From: a virus
Lineage: Duplodnaviria > Caudoviricetes
Virus record (IMG/VR): IMGVR_UViG_3300033067_000992
Coordinates: 1 to 43,088 of that record
Strand: one strand, 5' to 3'
DNA: 43,088 nucleotides
The notes under the pieces were generated by a model. That model saw nothing but the letters and a program-made list of their open reading frames with translations, was not told the DNA's origin and did not search any database. A program made the position numbers and the translations under genes. Of the stretch, positions 8,277 through 16,691 are shown one piece after another (the stretch's first letter is position 1; every line of letters begins with the position of its first letter).

Positions 8277-8644
8277 TGGCCACCTAAAAGGAAGCGCGTC
8301 CCTAGGACGCTGACAATCGCCACGGCTATCAGCCCTAGCGTGATGAAGATTGGCGCGGCGTTGCCGCCCCGCCGGCTTTGGTCGATCGCGTCGAGCGCCC
8401 GATGCAGCGCCAGCGCCGCCGCCGTTTCTTGCTGCACTGGCGCTTGCTGCTGTTGCGGCGCCCGAATGAGCATCTGCTTCACGTCCGTCACGTCTTGGCG
8501 AAGGCCGCTGACTTCGTGCAGCAGCGTCGCCTCGGTGGTCGCTTGGCGTTCGCGGATCGCAGCTAGTTCGGCCTGCGTCTTGAGTTGCGCCGTGGTGTGT
8601 TCGCGCACATGCACGTATCGGTCATCGAATCCATCATCTCCCAT
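8273..8644 (-). CDS. Coiled-coil protein with C-terminal TM anchor
   Basis: MGDDGFDDRY... heptad region, then IFITLGLIAVAIVSVLG. Confidence 0.7.
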   Translation of the reverse strand: MGDDGFDDRYVHVREHTTAQLKTQAELAAIRERQATTEATLLHEVSGLRQDVTDVKQMLIRAPQQQQAPVQQETAAALALHRALDAIDQSRRGGNAAPIFITLGLIAVAIVSVLGTRFLLGGQ

Positions 8645-8804
8645 GCGTTGTCCCCAGCGCGTCAATCTTTTGCTCGATCCGGTGCATTGTGTCGCCGCGC
8701 TCCCGGTTGCTCACCAGCAGCTCAAGCGCGATAGCGAAGATCAGTATGGAGAAAACCGCGCAGATCCAGCGCAGGATTGCCGGCGTCGCGTGATGTTCAG
8801 TCAC
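8634..8804 (-). CDS. Small single-TM protein (56 aa)
   Basis: Manual translation MTEHHATPAILRWICAVFSILIFAIALELLVSNRERGDTMHRIEQKIDALGTTHGR; overlaps both neighbours. Confidence 0.6.
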   Translation of the reverse strand: MTEHHATPAILRWICAVFSILIFAIALELLVSNRERGDTMHRIEQKIDALGTTHGR

Positions 8805-8877
8805 GGCCGCCCATCCACCAACACAGGAGCGCCAGCGACAGAGCGCCTGTCACGGCGAAGAAATAGAGCCAGGCCAT
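8797..8877 (-). CDS. 26-aa hydrophobic peptide
   Basis: MAWLYFFAVTGALSLALLCWWMGGRD after a GAGGGAG RBS; its stop overlaps the next start. Confidence 0.5.
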   Translation of the reverse strand: MAWLYFFAVTGALSLALLCWWMGGRD

Positions 8878-9365
8878 TCAATGCTCCCTCGCGAGATGCC
8901 CGAAAGAAAGCCATATACCTGCCGATTCCAAGTCGCATCAGCGAGCGCGTTGTGCTCGCCTTTGCCTTGTTCTGGAAGCACGACGTCGCCGAGCATGTCG
9001 GCCCACTGCTTGAGATCACGGCAGTACATCGGCCAACCAGCCGGCAGGTCCATCATCGTGCCGTAGAGCCAGCATAACGCTACCCAATCGTAATCGGCGT
9101 AATAGCCCCAAAACTCGGGCTTGCTCGGTGACGCATCCACGAAACGCTGAACGTGGCGCGCAATCTCGGCCTTCGTCGCGACTTGATGCTCCGTGCCGTT
9201 CAAGTGCGGCTTCACGTTGTCGAGAACCCACTGCGACGCGCGCGACCAATCGACTTCGCTGTTTTCATAGTAGATCGCACGCCCATCATCCGCGACGATC
9301 CCGATAGAGATCATGTCGAGATGGTTCGGCGCTTCGATAAATTCGGTGTCAAGAAAGTAACGCAC
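8850..9365 (-). CDS. DEDDh 3'-5' exoribonuclease (Rv2179c/RNase AS-like)
   Basis: MRYFLDTEF...ISIGIV.DDGR..Y, EFWGYYADYDWVALC.LYG.MMDLP.GWPMYCRDLKQ, EHNALADA.WN. Confidence 0.9.
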   Translation of the reverse strand: MRYFLDTEFIEAPNHLDMISIGIVADDGRAIYYENSEVDWSRASQWVLDNVKPHLNGTEHQVATKAEIARHVQRFVDASPSKPEFWGYYADYDWVALCWLYGTMMDLPAGWPMYCRDLKQWADMLGDVVLPEQGKGEHNALADATWNRQVYGFLSGISRGSIEWPGSISSP

Positions 9366-9368
9366 TAC

Positions 9369-9812
9369 CTAATGCTCCCTCGCCCATTGCGACGTTGCGA
9401 CAAACCGCCCTGTGCGGGGATCAACATTCGCGGTGTTCCGAAAGCGTACGCGCCCTTTAGCCTTGCAGTCCGCCATATTGTCTTTGCGCGTTCCAAGCCA
9501 AAGGTGCGCCGGGTTCACGCAGTGCGGATTATCGCAGGAATGACAGACATCAAGCGAAGATGGTGGAAGATTTTCTCCGTGAGCTAGCGCCCAGGACGCA
9601 CGATGCGCCGTTATCATCAGCGCCCCCTTAGAAGCCGTCGTCCACCCAAAGACGCCATATTGCCCCCTGACAACGCTGTCGCCTGGACGCGAGCGTCCGG
9701 GGTTTTTATGGCCGCCAATCCACAGCCAGCACTCGGTTTCGCTGCGCTTATCCACATACTTCCAAAATCTTTCAGCGCGCGTTTTGTTTGTCTGACTGGG
9801 CCATCTTGGCAT
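9369..9812 (-). CDS. HNH homing endonuclease
   Basis: RFWKYVDK...CWLW.G...YG...AHRASW...VCHSCDNP.CVNP.HL.LGT.KDNM.D...KGR. Confidence 0.93.
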   Translation of the reverse strand: MPRWPSQTNKTRAERFWKYVDKRSETECWLWIGGHKNPGRSRPGDSVVRGQYGVFGWTTASKGALMITAHRASWALAHGENLPPSSLDVCHSCDNPHCVNPAHLWLGTRKDNMADCKAKGRVRFRNTANVDPRTGRFVATSQWAREH

Positions 9813-10187
9813 TTAGCGCGGCTCCCGTTGTGTTCGGTCATACCACGTCGCGCAGGTTTCTTGCGGGATGCTGTTGCGCATCAACGCATCGCGGGCTTGA
9901 TCGCGTTCGCCAATCAATTGCGAGTCTGCCAGTTCCGCGCGTTGCGAGCGAATAATCCAATACGGCAGTTGGATAGCCGCAAGCGCATTATCCGCAGGGC
10001 GCGGCGGCAAAGCCGGCGCCGCAACAGGGTCAGTCGGGTCTTCCTGGGTCGGATGGAAGCCGCAGTCAGCGGGGGCCACCGGCGGTGGGGGCGGCGGTGG
10101 CGGGAGCGGATTGAACGGCACGTGCATCGTCCCGCAAGCCGAGGTCAGGAGGGTCGCCAATCCCATGCCTAATGTTCTCAATATCAT
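9813..10187 (-). CDS. Outer-membrane lipoprotein, Rz1-like o-spanin
   Basis: Lipobox LLTSAC followed by a Pro-rich linker; overlaps the 3' end of the i-spanin-like gene in another frame. Confidence 0.75.
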   Translation of the reverse strand: MILRTLGMGLATLLTSACGTMHVPFNPLPPPPPPPPVAPADCGFHPTQEDPTDPVAAPALPPRPADNALAAIQLPYWIIRSQRAELADSQLIGERDQARDALMRNSIPQETCATWYDRTQREPR

Positions 10188-10860
10188 GCTGCCTTCTCCG
10201 TTCTGCCGCCGCCGAGGCAGCCCGCAATTGTTCAAGTCGATGAAGGTTCGCGCTAGTGGCGGCAGAATCTCTCCGGGCGCTCTCAAGCAGTTCGCCCTGC
10301 CTCGTATAAGCATGTTGCCATTCGTCACGATTGTGAACAGCGGTGCGCAAATCACGTTGCGCGTCGGTCAAATCGTGCTTGGCGTGGTTCAGCCGTGCCG
10401 TCTGGATCGCCGCCGCGCCGGTGGTGAGCGCCATGCCCGACGCCAGCACCATCCACAGCCGAACACCGCCTAACATCCCTATAAGCCCAAGCGGCGCCCC
10501 TACAGGGCCAAACGCGGCCAGGCGTCGGCCGGCCATGTTTTCCGGGGTCGGATGGCGGCGGGCCTCGGCCTCGTCCAGGTCGCGCACGTTGCGGCGAAGC
10601 TGGCGCAACAGCAGCTCTTGGGAGCGATTGCGGTGCTCGGCCTGCTCGATCAGCTTGATTTGGGCGGTCCAGGCTGACCGTTGGTGCGAGGCTTGGATGT
10701 CGCCCTCTGGACTATCCAGGGCGACGGCAAACAGCGCCGTGCCCCCCTCCGCGCGCGCCTCACGGGCCGCTCGCCGCTCGCGTTGCCATTGCTCTAGGCC
10801 GGGCAGGCTGGAAACAAGGCGCTGGCCGCCGCGTTCGATGCGCTCGAGCGTGTTCAACAT
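10066..10860 (-). CDS. Rz-like i-spanin with long N-terminal extension
   Basis: TM segment around aa 120-152 followed by a coiled coil; overlapped by the lipoprotein gene. Confidence 0.65.
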   Translation of the reverse strand: MLNTLERIERGGQRLVSSLPGLEQWQRERRAAREARAEGGTALFAVALDSPEGDIQASHQRSAWTAQIKLIEQAEHRNRSQELLLRQLRRNVRDLDEAEARRHPTPENMAGRRLAAFGPVGAPLGLIGMLGGVRLWMVLASGMALTTGAAAIQTARLNHAKHDLTDAQRDLRTAVHNRDEWQHAYTRQGELLESARRDSAATSANLHRLEQLRAASAAAERRRQHDIENIRHGIGDPPDLGLRDDARAVQSAPATAAPTAGGPR

Positions 10861-11195
10861 TATGGGCTGTCCCCCGGTCGCGGCCCGTCGCCAGAAGGCG
10901 AAAAAGGGCCGACACTTTGACCCGCCGCGATTTGGGATTGCCGCTCATAATGGCGGGCGTTGAAGATTGGCCCGGCTATGCCGATCACCCCGGCCAACAG
11001 CGTCCCCAGCGAGCCGATGACGGCGGCGAAGCCCATGAAGTCTATTGGCTGACCATGCGCCCAGCGGTTCAGGCCAAGCAACAGCATGACCGCCACCAGG
11101 GCCGCGAACGCCACGCAGGCGATCACCCCCACCGCCGCGGCGCACATGATCAGCGGGCGCGGGGTGCGGTGCGCCCAGCCTTCTTTCGGCATCAC
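10860..11195 (-). CDS. Putative holin (two TM helices)
   Basis: GW....PRP N-terminal motif plus two hydrophobic helices, directly upstream of the spanins. Confidence 0.6.
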   Translation of the reverse strand: MMPKEGWAHRTPRPLIMCAAAVGVIACVAFAALVAVMLLLGLNRWAHGQPIDFMGFAAVIGSLGTLLAGVIGIAGPIFNARHYERQSQIAAGQSVGPFSPSGDGPRPGDSP

Positions 11196-11524
11196 GCGGG
11201 CGGGCTCCTGTCGGAGAGAAAAGACCCCACGGCGAAGCCGGATTCGTCCATCGCCACAAGCGGCTCGGTCAACCGGTGCGCGGCCTCGATTGGTGTAGTG
11301 TTCGCCTCACGCCAATTCACCGTTTGCAAATCACCACCGGGCGGCGTCCCCGCAATCTGGCTCCCATTACAAAACCGGCCCCAAGCCGAGCTTGGAACCC
11401 ATCCGCGCGCCGTGGCGTTTGCTTGCGCTTGCGCCGTCAGTACGTCCGCCATCCAATCCGGCAAGGGCCGGTCAGCGCCCCCGGAAGCTGCGCCTACCGT
11501 TATCGCGGTGCTCATTCCGGCCAC
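11192..11524 (-). CDS. Hypothetical protein
   Basis: 110-aa ORF overlapping both neighbours; no motif recognised. Confidence 0.5.
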   Translation of the reverse strand: MAGMSTAITVGAASGGADRPLPDWMADVLTAQAQANATARGWVPSSAWGRFCNGSQIAGTPPGGDLQTVNWREANTTPIEAAHRLTEPLVAMDESGFAVGSFLSDRSPPA

Positions 11525-12609
11525 CCTTCTTCAGGATTAAAGGCGGCAATGGCAGTGCGCCCCGCCTCGCGCGTATCTTCACCCTTGAGCAATTCGGCGT
11601 ACTGCTCGAGCTCGTCTTCGCGCTGGTTTTGATAGGCGTCGATTGTGTTCATGCCGCGTGAGCGCTCGCTGATGGCCAAGAAACGTGCCCGGCCTTCGGG
11701 ATCGTCTGGCGCTTCTTGGCGCTCGATACGCACAATGAGATTTTGCAGCGAAGCAAATTCGCTCACGGTCCAGCCGTCTTGCAGCAGCGCTTTGCGTTCG
11801 CGGGCGATTTCCGCGAGCCGCCCTAATTTAGCTAGGCGGGCGACGTGTATGTCGTCCCCAAAGTAAACCACGCCGCCGTGCGTATCGTATGCGCGCTCGT
11901 GTTCGACCGGATGCTCGCCCGCATCAACGGTGAGTTCTGGAAAGTCGCTCGCCTCCGCCGCTACGGCTTCTCTAATTTCCTCATAGTCGGCGTCGTAAGC
12001 ATAATCTCGGTCACTATCACTAGCGCTTCCATCGTCTCCGCTGGCAGTGCTTTCGTCTCCGCTATCGACAACACCCGCGACTTCTTCGGCCGCTTCGTCT
12101 GCGGCTTGGCTTTCAATGATGGCCACTTCATCGGGGGTTAGTCCCCTTGCTTCGGTTCCGGCATCAGCAAGGGCAGTGAGGATTGCTTCATCATCCACTG
12201 CGTCAATCCCGGCGTCGTCCGAAAGTGGTCCTGCATCTGGGTCGGCGTAATCTGGCCGCTGAGCCAACATTGACGGAGCATCGCCCACGCCGCCTGAGGG
12301 AAAGGTTTCGACTGTTCCGTGTGTCTCATCGCTTGCCTCCATGATCTCCGGCGCAATTTGCTCCGGTTCGGGGGCGCGTGCAACAAAATTAACAGCCAGC
12401 CAGGTCGCCGCCTCCTCCGCCGTGTCGGGTGTATCAGGCCCGTAATCGGGATGGCCCGGCGGGATTTTTGCCCAATCCTTGATATGCATGTTGCCGATCG
12501 GATCGACGCCACCAACCAATGTGCCATGCACAAAGACGCGCCGCCAGCCGGCGGCGGTTAACAACCGCGCCGCTTCCGCGCGGCTAGCGTTAAAATCAAC
12601 CTCGCTCAT
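11512..12609 (-). CDS. Tail-fibre-associated (assembly-like) protein with long acidic linker
   Basis: Located after the tail fibre genes; the C-terminus ...IAAFNPEEGWPE resembles tail assembly chaperones. Confidence 0.55.
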   Translation of the reverse strand: MSEVDFNASRAEAARLLTAAGWRRVFVHGTLVGGVDPIGNMHIKDWAKIPPGHPDYGPDTPDTAEEAATWLAVNFVARAPEPEQIAPEIMEASDETHGTVETFPSGGVGDAPSMLAQRPDYADPDAGPLSDDAGIDAVDDEAILTALADAGTEARGLTPDEVAIIESQAADEAAEEVAGVVDSGDESTASGDDGSASDSDRDYAYDADYEEIREAVAAEASDFPELTVDAGEHPVEHERAYDTHGGVVYFGDDIHVARLAKLGRLAEIARERKALLQDGWTVSEFASLQNLIVRIERQEAPDDPEGRARFLAISERSRGMNTIDAYQNQREDELEQYAELLKGEDTREAGRTAIAAFNPEEGWPE

Positions 12610-12911
12610 GCGCCCTCCTGGGCGGCGAGGCGCGCCTGCCATTGTACGTCTAGCGCGGTTAGCGCCGCCGCCGCCTCTTCGCGTTCCCGCACAATTTGGG
12701 CATTGAGACGCTGCACTTGCGCGCTGAGGACGATTGCCGCGTGATCCAACACTGCCGCCAACCCCTCCGGGGTAACGTCTTCCATGATTTGGCGCGCAAT
12801 GTCGCCACCAACAGGATCGCTAATTGTGTATCGGCGCAAACGCTGGAAGCTTTGCGGAGTATCGTTGGTGATGTCCATGATGATGATATATTGAGCGATC
12901 TGATCTGCCAT
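12606..12911 (-). CDS. Hypothetical tail-region coiled-coil protein
   Basis: 101-aa ORF coupled to the next gene. Confidence 0.65.
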   Translation of the reverse strand: MADQIAQYIIIMDITNDTPQSFQRLRRYTISDPVGGDIARQIMEDVTPEGLAAVLDHAAIVLSAQVQRLNAQIVREREEAAAALTALDVQWQARLAAQEGA

Positions 12912-12926
12912 TTTCGGTGCTTTCTG

Positions 12927-13610
12927 TTAAGTGTTTTGGATTACGCCGTAATGCGTAAAGCGATTGGTGGCAGCGGCGCCAAACGTGGCGGTTCCGCCGG
13001 TCACCGTTACAGGTGAGCTCGCAATTGCCGTTTGCAATTGCATGGTGAGATTTCCACCTGTCGCCGTGGAAAATTCCGCGACTGCCTCGGTGTAATCGAT
13101 TCCTCCGGTTTCGCCCGTGCAATCGCCTATGGTTGTGTTGGCCGCTCCCGAAAAACACAAAAAAATAAGCTCTAAACTACCCGTTGTCGCCATCGCCGCG
13201 CCTGTGATTGTCGTGCTAGAACCAGCGACAACGCCCGATCCGTTCGCGTAAACAGTACTGCCCCCGGTAAAGCTGTACATGCGCGCCGCACGCTGCGTAA
13301 CGCCCTGAGTAACGCTAACCGAAAGCGTTCCGCTTTCGGTTCCGTCCGCTATTTTCCCGTACATTAGCCCCAATGTCGTAGGCCCCGAGCCTGTCGTTGT
13401 TGAGCTTAATAGCGTCCATCCGCTCGGGGTGGATACAGCCGGGGAGGCGCCCGAATCGATGACATGAACATGCAGCAACAAATATTGTCCTGCCCCGATC
13501 CCGGCTGGATATGCGGGAGCGATGGCCGTTCCGGCCGTCGCCGTTCCGGCGCCGGCCGCCACAAAGGTTATTTGCGCGATTGAAGCGCCGCCGCAAAACA
13601 ATCCACTCAT
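12927..13610 (-). CDS. Putative tail fibre distal/receptor-binding protein
   Basis: T/G/A/S-rich beta protein with TPSGWT and Y.KIA.G.E.GT motifs; follows the tail fibre with an ATGTGA-type overlap. Confidence 0.65.
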   Translation of the reverse strand: MSGLFCGGASIAQITFVAAGAGTATAGTAIAPAYPAGIGAGQYLLLHVHVIDSGASPAVSTPSGWTLLSSTTTGSGPTTLGLMYGKIADGTESGTLSVSVTQGVTQRAARMYSFTGGSTVYANGSGVVAGSSTTITGAAMATTGSLELIFLCFSGAANTTIGDCTGETGGIDYTEAVAEFSTATGGNLTMQLQTAIASSPVTVTGGTATFGAAATNRFTHYGVIQNT

Positions 13611-14677
13611 GTGATGCCAACGCCTTCCGCAAACCAGGATGTTGCGGTCTGCTTCGTTAATGTCATTGAGCCGTTGGCGGCCAGCGAGCGCGAGCCGGTC
13701 GAAGCGTTCCACCGCAACGTGTCCGTTGTGATCGCGACAGTGACTACGCCTCCGCCATTATCATTGCGAATTTTGAACATGAAGCCGATCGGCAGCGCCA
13801 GATTGGCATTGCTGTCAATCGTGTATGTGTGGGCTGATGCGGACGTGTGGTAAAGCGTCTGGCCAGCGATGTTTGCGGCAATGGTGTAATTGGCGTCCTT
13901 CGCCACCAAGATCGTGCCGATATAGCCCACGGAAGCGGCGACGGGCGTGGTGACATCGGTGGCGCGCTGCAGGTCAATCGTCGTTGGCACAGTCAGGGCT
14001 GTGGCAGTAATATCCAAAACTTTAACGCCAGCAGCCGCTAACGCCCAGTTATTCGCGCCAATGTAATAAATGCCATTGTCTTGATCGGCGTTGAATGCAC
14101 ACGAAGGCGAAGTAACTGAGCCTGGCCCAATCAAAACGCCCTTGGCGGCAGGCGAGGCCAACGCCCCACCGGAATTAACCCGCCATTGAATTGTCCCTCC
14201 CGTTACAAAGTCCACAGTATCGGCAATGGTGTTGGCCAGTCCAGTGTTACTGTCGCCCGTGAACGTCAGGGAGGGCGCCCCAGCCGAACCGGTCCCTAAC
14301 GTCATGGACGTTACGCTCGGCGTCAGCGTTAGCGACAGAGTGTCCGCCGCCGTGAACTGAACGATCGGAGTTCCACTCGCCCAGGACAGCGCGGCCAGCG
14401 CTGTCAGCGTAGCATCAAGCGTTTGAAACACACTCGGCAACACTTGTTCATAGCGCACCGCGTCGCCCGCTGTTGTGGCGGCGCCCAGCCCTGTCGCTTT
14501 GAAGCCGCCGAACGGTTGATTGGCCGCAAAGGCCTTCGTGCCGGCCTTGTTGATTGAATCGGACAGCGCTGTCGCGATATCGTTCATTTCCGAATTGAAA
14601 TCCGTCGCGCTCGCTATGTCACCCGTGTTGGGCGGGGTTACGATACGTGAGAAATTTCCAGAGCCGTCGCGCGCCAT
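13607..14677 (-). CDS. Tail fibre protein
   Basis: MARDGSG...DFNSEMNDIATALS.S..K.G......GGFK.TGL.A.T..GDAV.Y.Q podophage fibre N-terminus; GS..APS..F.GD.NTG repeats. Confidence 0.85.
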   Translation of the reverse strand: MARDGSGNFSRIVTPPNTGDIASATDFNSEMNDIATALSDSINKAGTKAFAANQPFGGFKATGLGAATTAGDAVRYEQVLPSVFQTLDATLTALAALSWASGTPIVQFTAADTLSLTLTPSVTSMTLGTGSAGAPSLTFTGDSNTGLANTIADTVDFVTGGTIQWRVNSGGALASPAAKGVLIGPGSVTSPSCAFNADQDNGIYYIGANNWALAAAGVKVLDITATALTVPTTIDLQRATDVTTPVAASVGYIGTILVAKDANYTIAANIAGQTLYHTSASAHTYTIDSNANLALPIGFMFKIRNDNGGGVVTVAITTDTLRWNASTGSRSLAANGSMTLTKQTATSWFAEGVGIT

Positions 14678-14683
14678 TTAACT

Positions 14684-15856
14684 TTACTTTCTTGGAGGTG
14701 GGGATGGGCGCATGGCCCGTTGCGTTTGCAGATCGGCGGAGCGCCGCAAGGTGTGCGCCGTATCACTGACAGGCGCTCGCACATGGTTGGTTTCATCAAA
14801 AACGCGAACCTCGCCGCCCTTGCCATACTGATTAGGAGGCCATTCGACGCCAGTAATCCCGCGCTGCGCATATTCTTGCTGGATTTGCAGCGCGGCTTCT
14901 CGGTGGGTGACGCCTAGTTGTTTTGCTCGTTGTTGCACTTGGCGCATGTATGTAGGGCCATCCTCTAGCTGGCCGCGCATAAAGGCTTGATAGACAACGC
15001 CCCCGCCGCCTTCTGAGGCATAGATGTTTGCCTCAGCCCGACTTTTGCTAAACGACGTTCCATTGAATTGCTCGCTGCCCTGAAGCGACGGATTGCGCGC
15101 TATGCTTCCATTGGCTGCGGGACGCGTCATGCCGCGATAAAGCGGCTGATCGACGTTGAAGCCATCGCCGCGAAGCTGTTCAACGTCACTTCCTACATTA
15201 TGGGCGTTCCGCAGGGCGAACGGCCCACCGTCACTTCCTGCGCTGTGGGGCGCCGCCGCCTCGCGCAAGTCCTGCGAGGTCGCCGCCGTGGAGCGGAACG
15301 GCGTGCGCGGGCGGGCGCCGGTCGGGACGCCGGGGAACGGGAGAAAGCCGTCTGGAAATTCGCCGGGAACGGGCGCACGCACACGCGGCAATTCCGCCGC
15401 CACCCGGCCTTCGCCTGGCATCCCCGCGCCCAGCATGGCAAGATTGACTCCGCCGCTGGCGAAGTCACCGATGGCGTCACCAATCGCTGCCGTGCCGCGC
15501 TCGTCAATCCTAGGCGCGGCCAACGCTTCTCGCACATGCCCGATGCCGTGCGCGATCTGCGGCAGGCCGGTAAACTCGGTCGCGTCGCTCACAAGCTGTT
15601 GCGTCGGCGTGTAGCCGGGGCGGATTGTGCGCGGCAACGCCATCGCGCCGGCGCTTATGTCGCGCGCAGTGGCCTCGGGGCCAGACTGTTGCGCGGCCAG
15701 CGCTTGCTGTTGCTCGAACGCCTTCACGCGCGGCAAGTCCACGGTCGGCGCCCGCATCGGCGGGCGCGCGCGGCCGCGCATGGTGGTTGTGATTTGCGCC
15801 TCGTAGGGCGCGCGCTGGTGAATGACCTCATCAATAAGTTGCGCGAGCGTCGTCAC
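14684..15856 (-). CDS. Putative ejected protein with C-terminal ADP-ribosyltransferase-like (ART-PolyVal-type) domain
   Basis: GF.VD.PLYRG...G.SFS....EANIYA....GVVY..F.R...G.TGV......EVRVFD pattern. Confidence 0.65.
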   Translation of the reverse strand: MTTLAQLIDEVIHQRAPYEAQITTTMRGRARPPMRAPTVDLPRVKAFEQQQALAAQQSGPEATARDISAGAMALPRTIRPGYTPTQQLVSDATEFTGLPQIAHGIGHVREALAAPRIDERGTAAIGDAIGDFASGGVNLAMLGAGMPGEGRVAAELPRVRAPVPGEFPDGFLPFPGVPTGARPRTPFRSTAATSQDLREAAAPHSAGSDGGPFALRNAHNVGSDVEQLRGDGFNVDQPLYRGMTRPAANGSIARNPSLQGSEQFNGTSFSKSRAEANIYASEGGGGVVYQAFMRGQLEDGPTYMRQVQQRAKQLGVTHREAALQIQQEYAQRGITGVEWPPNQYGKGGEVRVFDETNHVRAPVSDTAHTLRRSADLQTQRAMRPSPPPRK

Positions 15857-15868
15857 GGTGACTGCCGT

Positions 15869-16378
15869 TTATTTAACATCTTTCCAGCGCTTTCTTGTTC
15901 GGACTTGCCAAATATGCTTTGGGTCAACACTGTACCGTTTCGCCAGATCACCCGACGATTCTTCGCTTGATCGAATTGCGCACACATCTTCAACCGTTAA
16001 AGTAGCCTTTTTGCCGTGATTGTTGCGGCCCTTTCTGGCTCGGTCTTTATTATTGTCTCCTGCGGTTCCCAAAAAAAGATGATTTGGATTAACACATTTT
16101 TTGTTGTCGCAGTGATGGCAAACAAGTAGCGCGCCAGGCGCCACTCCAAAAGCCAATTCATAAGATACTCGGTGCGCTAAATGCCGCTTATACAGAAACG
16201 ACATCTTTCCATATCCGTTGGGATAGTAAGGCCCCTGCCATTCGAGGCAGTCGCCATTCAACCTAGACCTATTTGAAAGTAAACACTTCAACGAACAGTA
16301 CATGCGCGGCGACCTGGGGAGCGCCATTACAACGCCGCCGCATTCAAGGCACGTCGTCATTCCGCGCTTGAATCTCAT
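15869..16378 (-). CDS. HNH homing endonuclease with N-terminal Zn motif and C-terminal HTH
   Basis: CLECG..YCS.KC; CLEWQG....GYG...AHRVSY...VCHHCDN..CVNP.HLFLGT..DN..D...KGR; visibly lower GC. Confidence 0.92.
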   Translation of the reverse strand: MRFKRGMTTCLECGGVVMALPRSPRMYCSLKCLLSNRSRLNGDCLEWQGPYYPNGYGKMSFLYKRHLAHRVSYELAFGVAPGALLVCHHCDNKKCVNPNHLFLGTAGDNNKDRARKGRNNHGKKATLTVEDVCAIRSSEESSGDLAKRYSVDPKHIWQVRTRKRWKDVK

Positions 16379-16572
16379 TTCAGCCTCCGGCTGATTTCCG
16401 CCAAAAGCTGCGCTTTCGTGAGACGTTTGCCGCCGCCAAGTTTCAGCGACCGCAAGCCCTCTTCAAGCGCCTTCGTTTTGTTGCCATCATATTCGGCCGC
16501 CAATTCATCGAGCAACGCGAGCCCTTCATCGGAAAGTCGAAACGACACTAGTTTTTTCAGGTTCTTGGCCAT
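16375..16572 (-). CDS. Ribbon-helix-helix DNA-binding protein
   Basis: MAKNLKKLVSFRLSDEGLALLDELAAEYDGNKTKALEEGLR has an alternating beta strand plus two helices. Confidence 0.8.
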   Translation of the reverse strand: MAKNLKKLVSFRLSDEGLALLDELAAEYDGNKTKALEEGLRSLKLGGGKRLTKAQLLAEISRRLK

Positions 16573-16589
16573 GCCGAACCTTAGCGCTT

Positions 16590-16662
16590 GTATTGCGGGG
16601 CGTAATGCGGCAATACGCCGCACCACAGGCCGCTATACAATCCGCCATACGTTCCGCTATAC
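16590..16662. promoter_or_regulatory. Operator array of CCGCWATAC-like 9-mers with 12-bp spacing between divergent genes
   Basis: Reverse copies at 16590-16598 and 16602-16610; forward copies at 16630, 16642 and 16654; the last overlaps a GCTATACT -10-like box. Confidence 0.75.
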
Positions 16663-16691
16663 TAAGCGCATTGGAAATGGAGACATCCCCA

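Noticed and set aside
12927-14677. Diversity-generating retroelement or invertase acting on the tail fibre
   Set aside because: No reverse transcriptase, recombinase, template/variable repeat pair or inverted crossover sites were seen.
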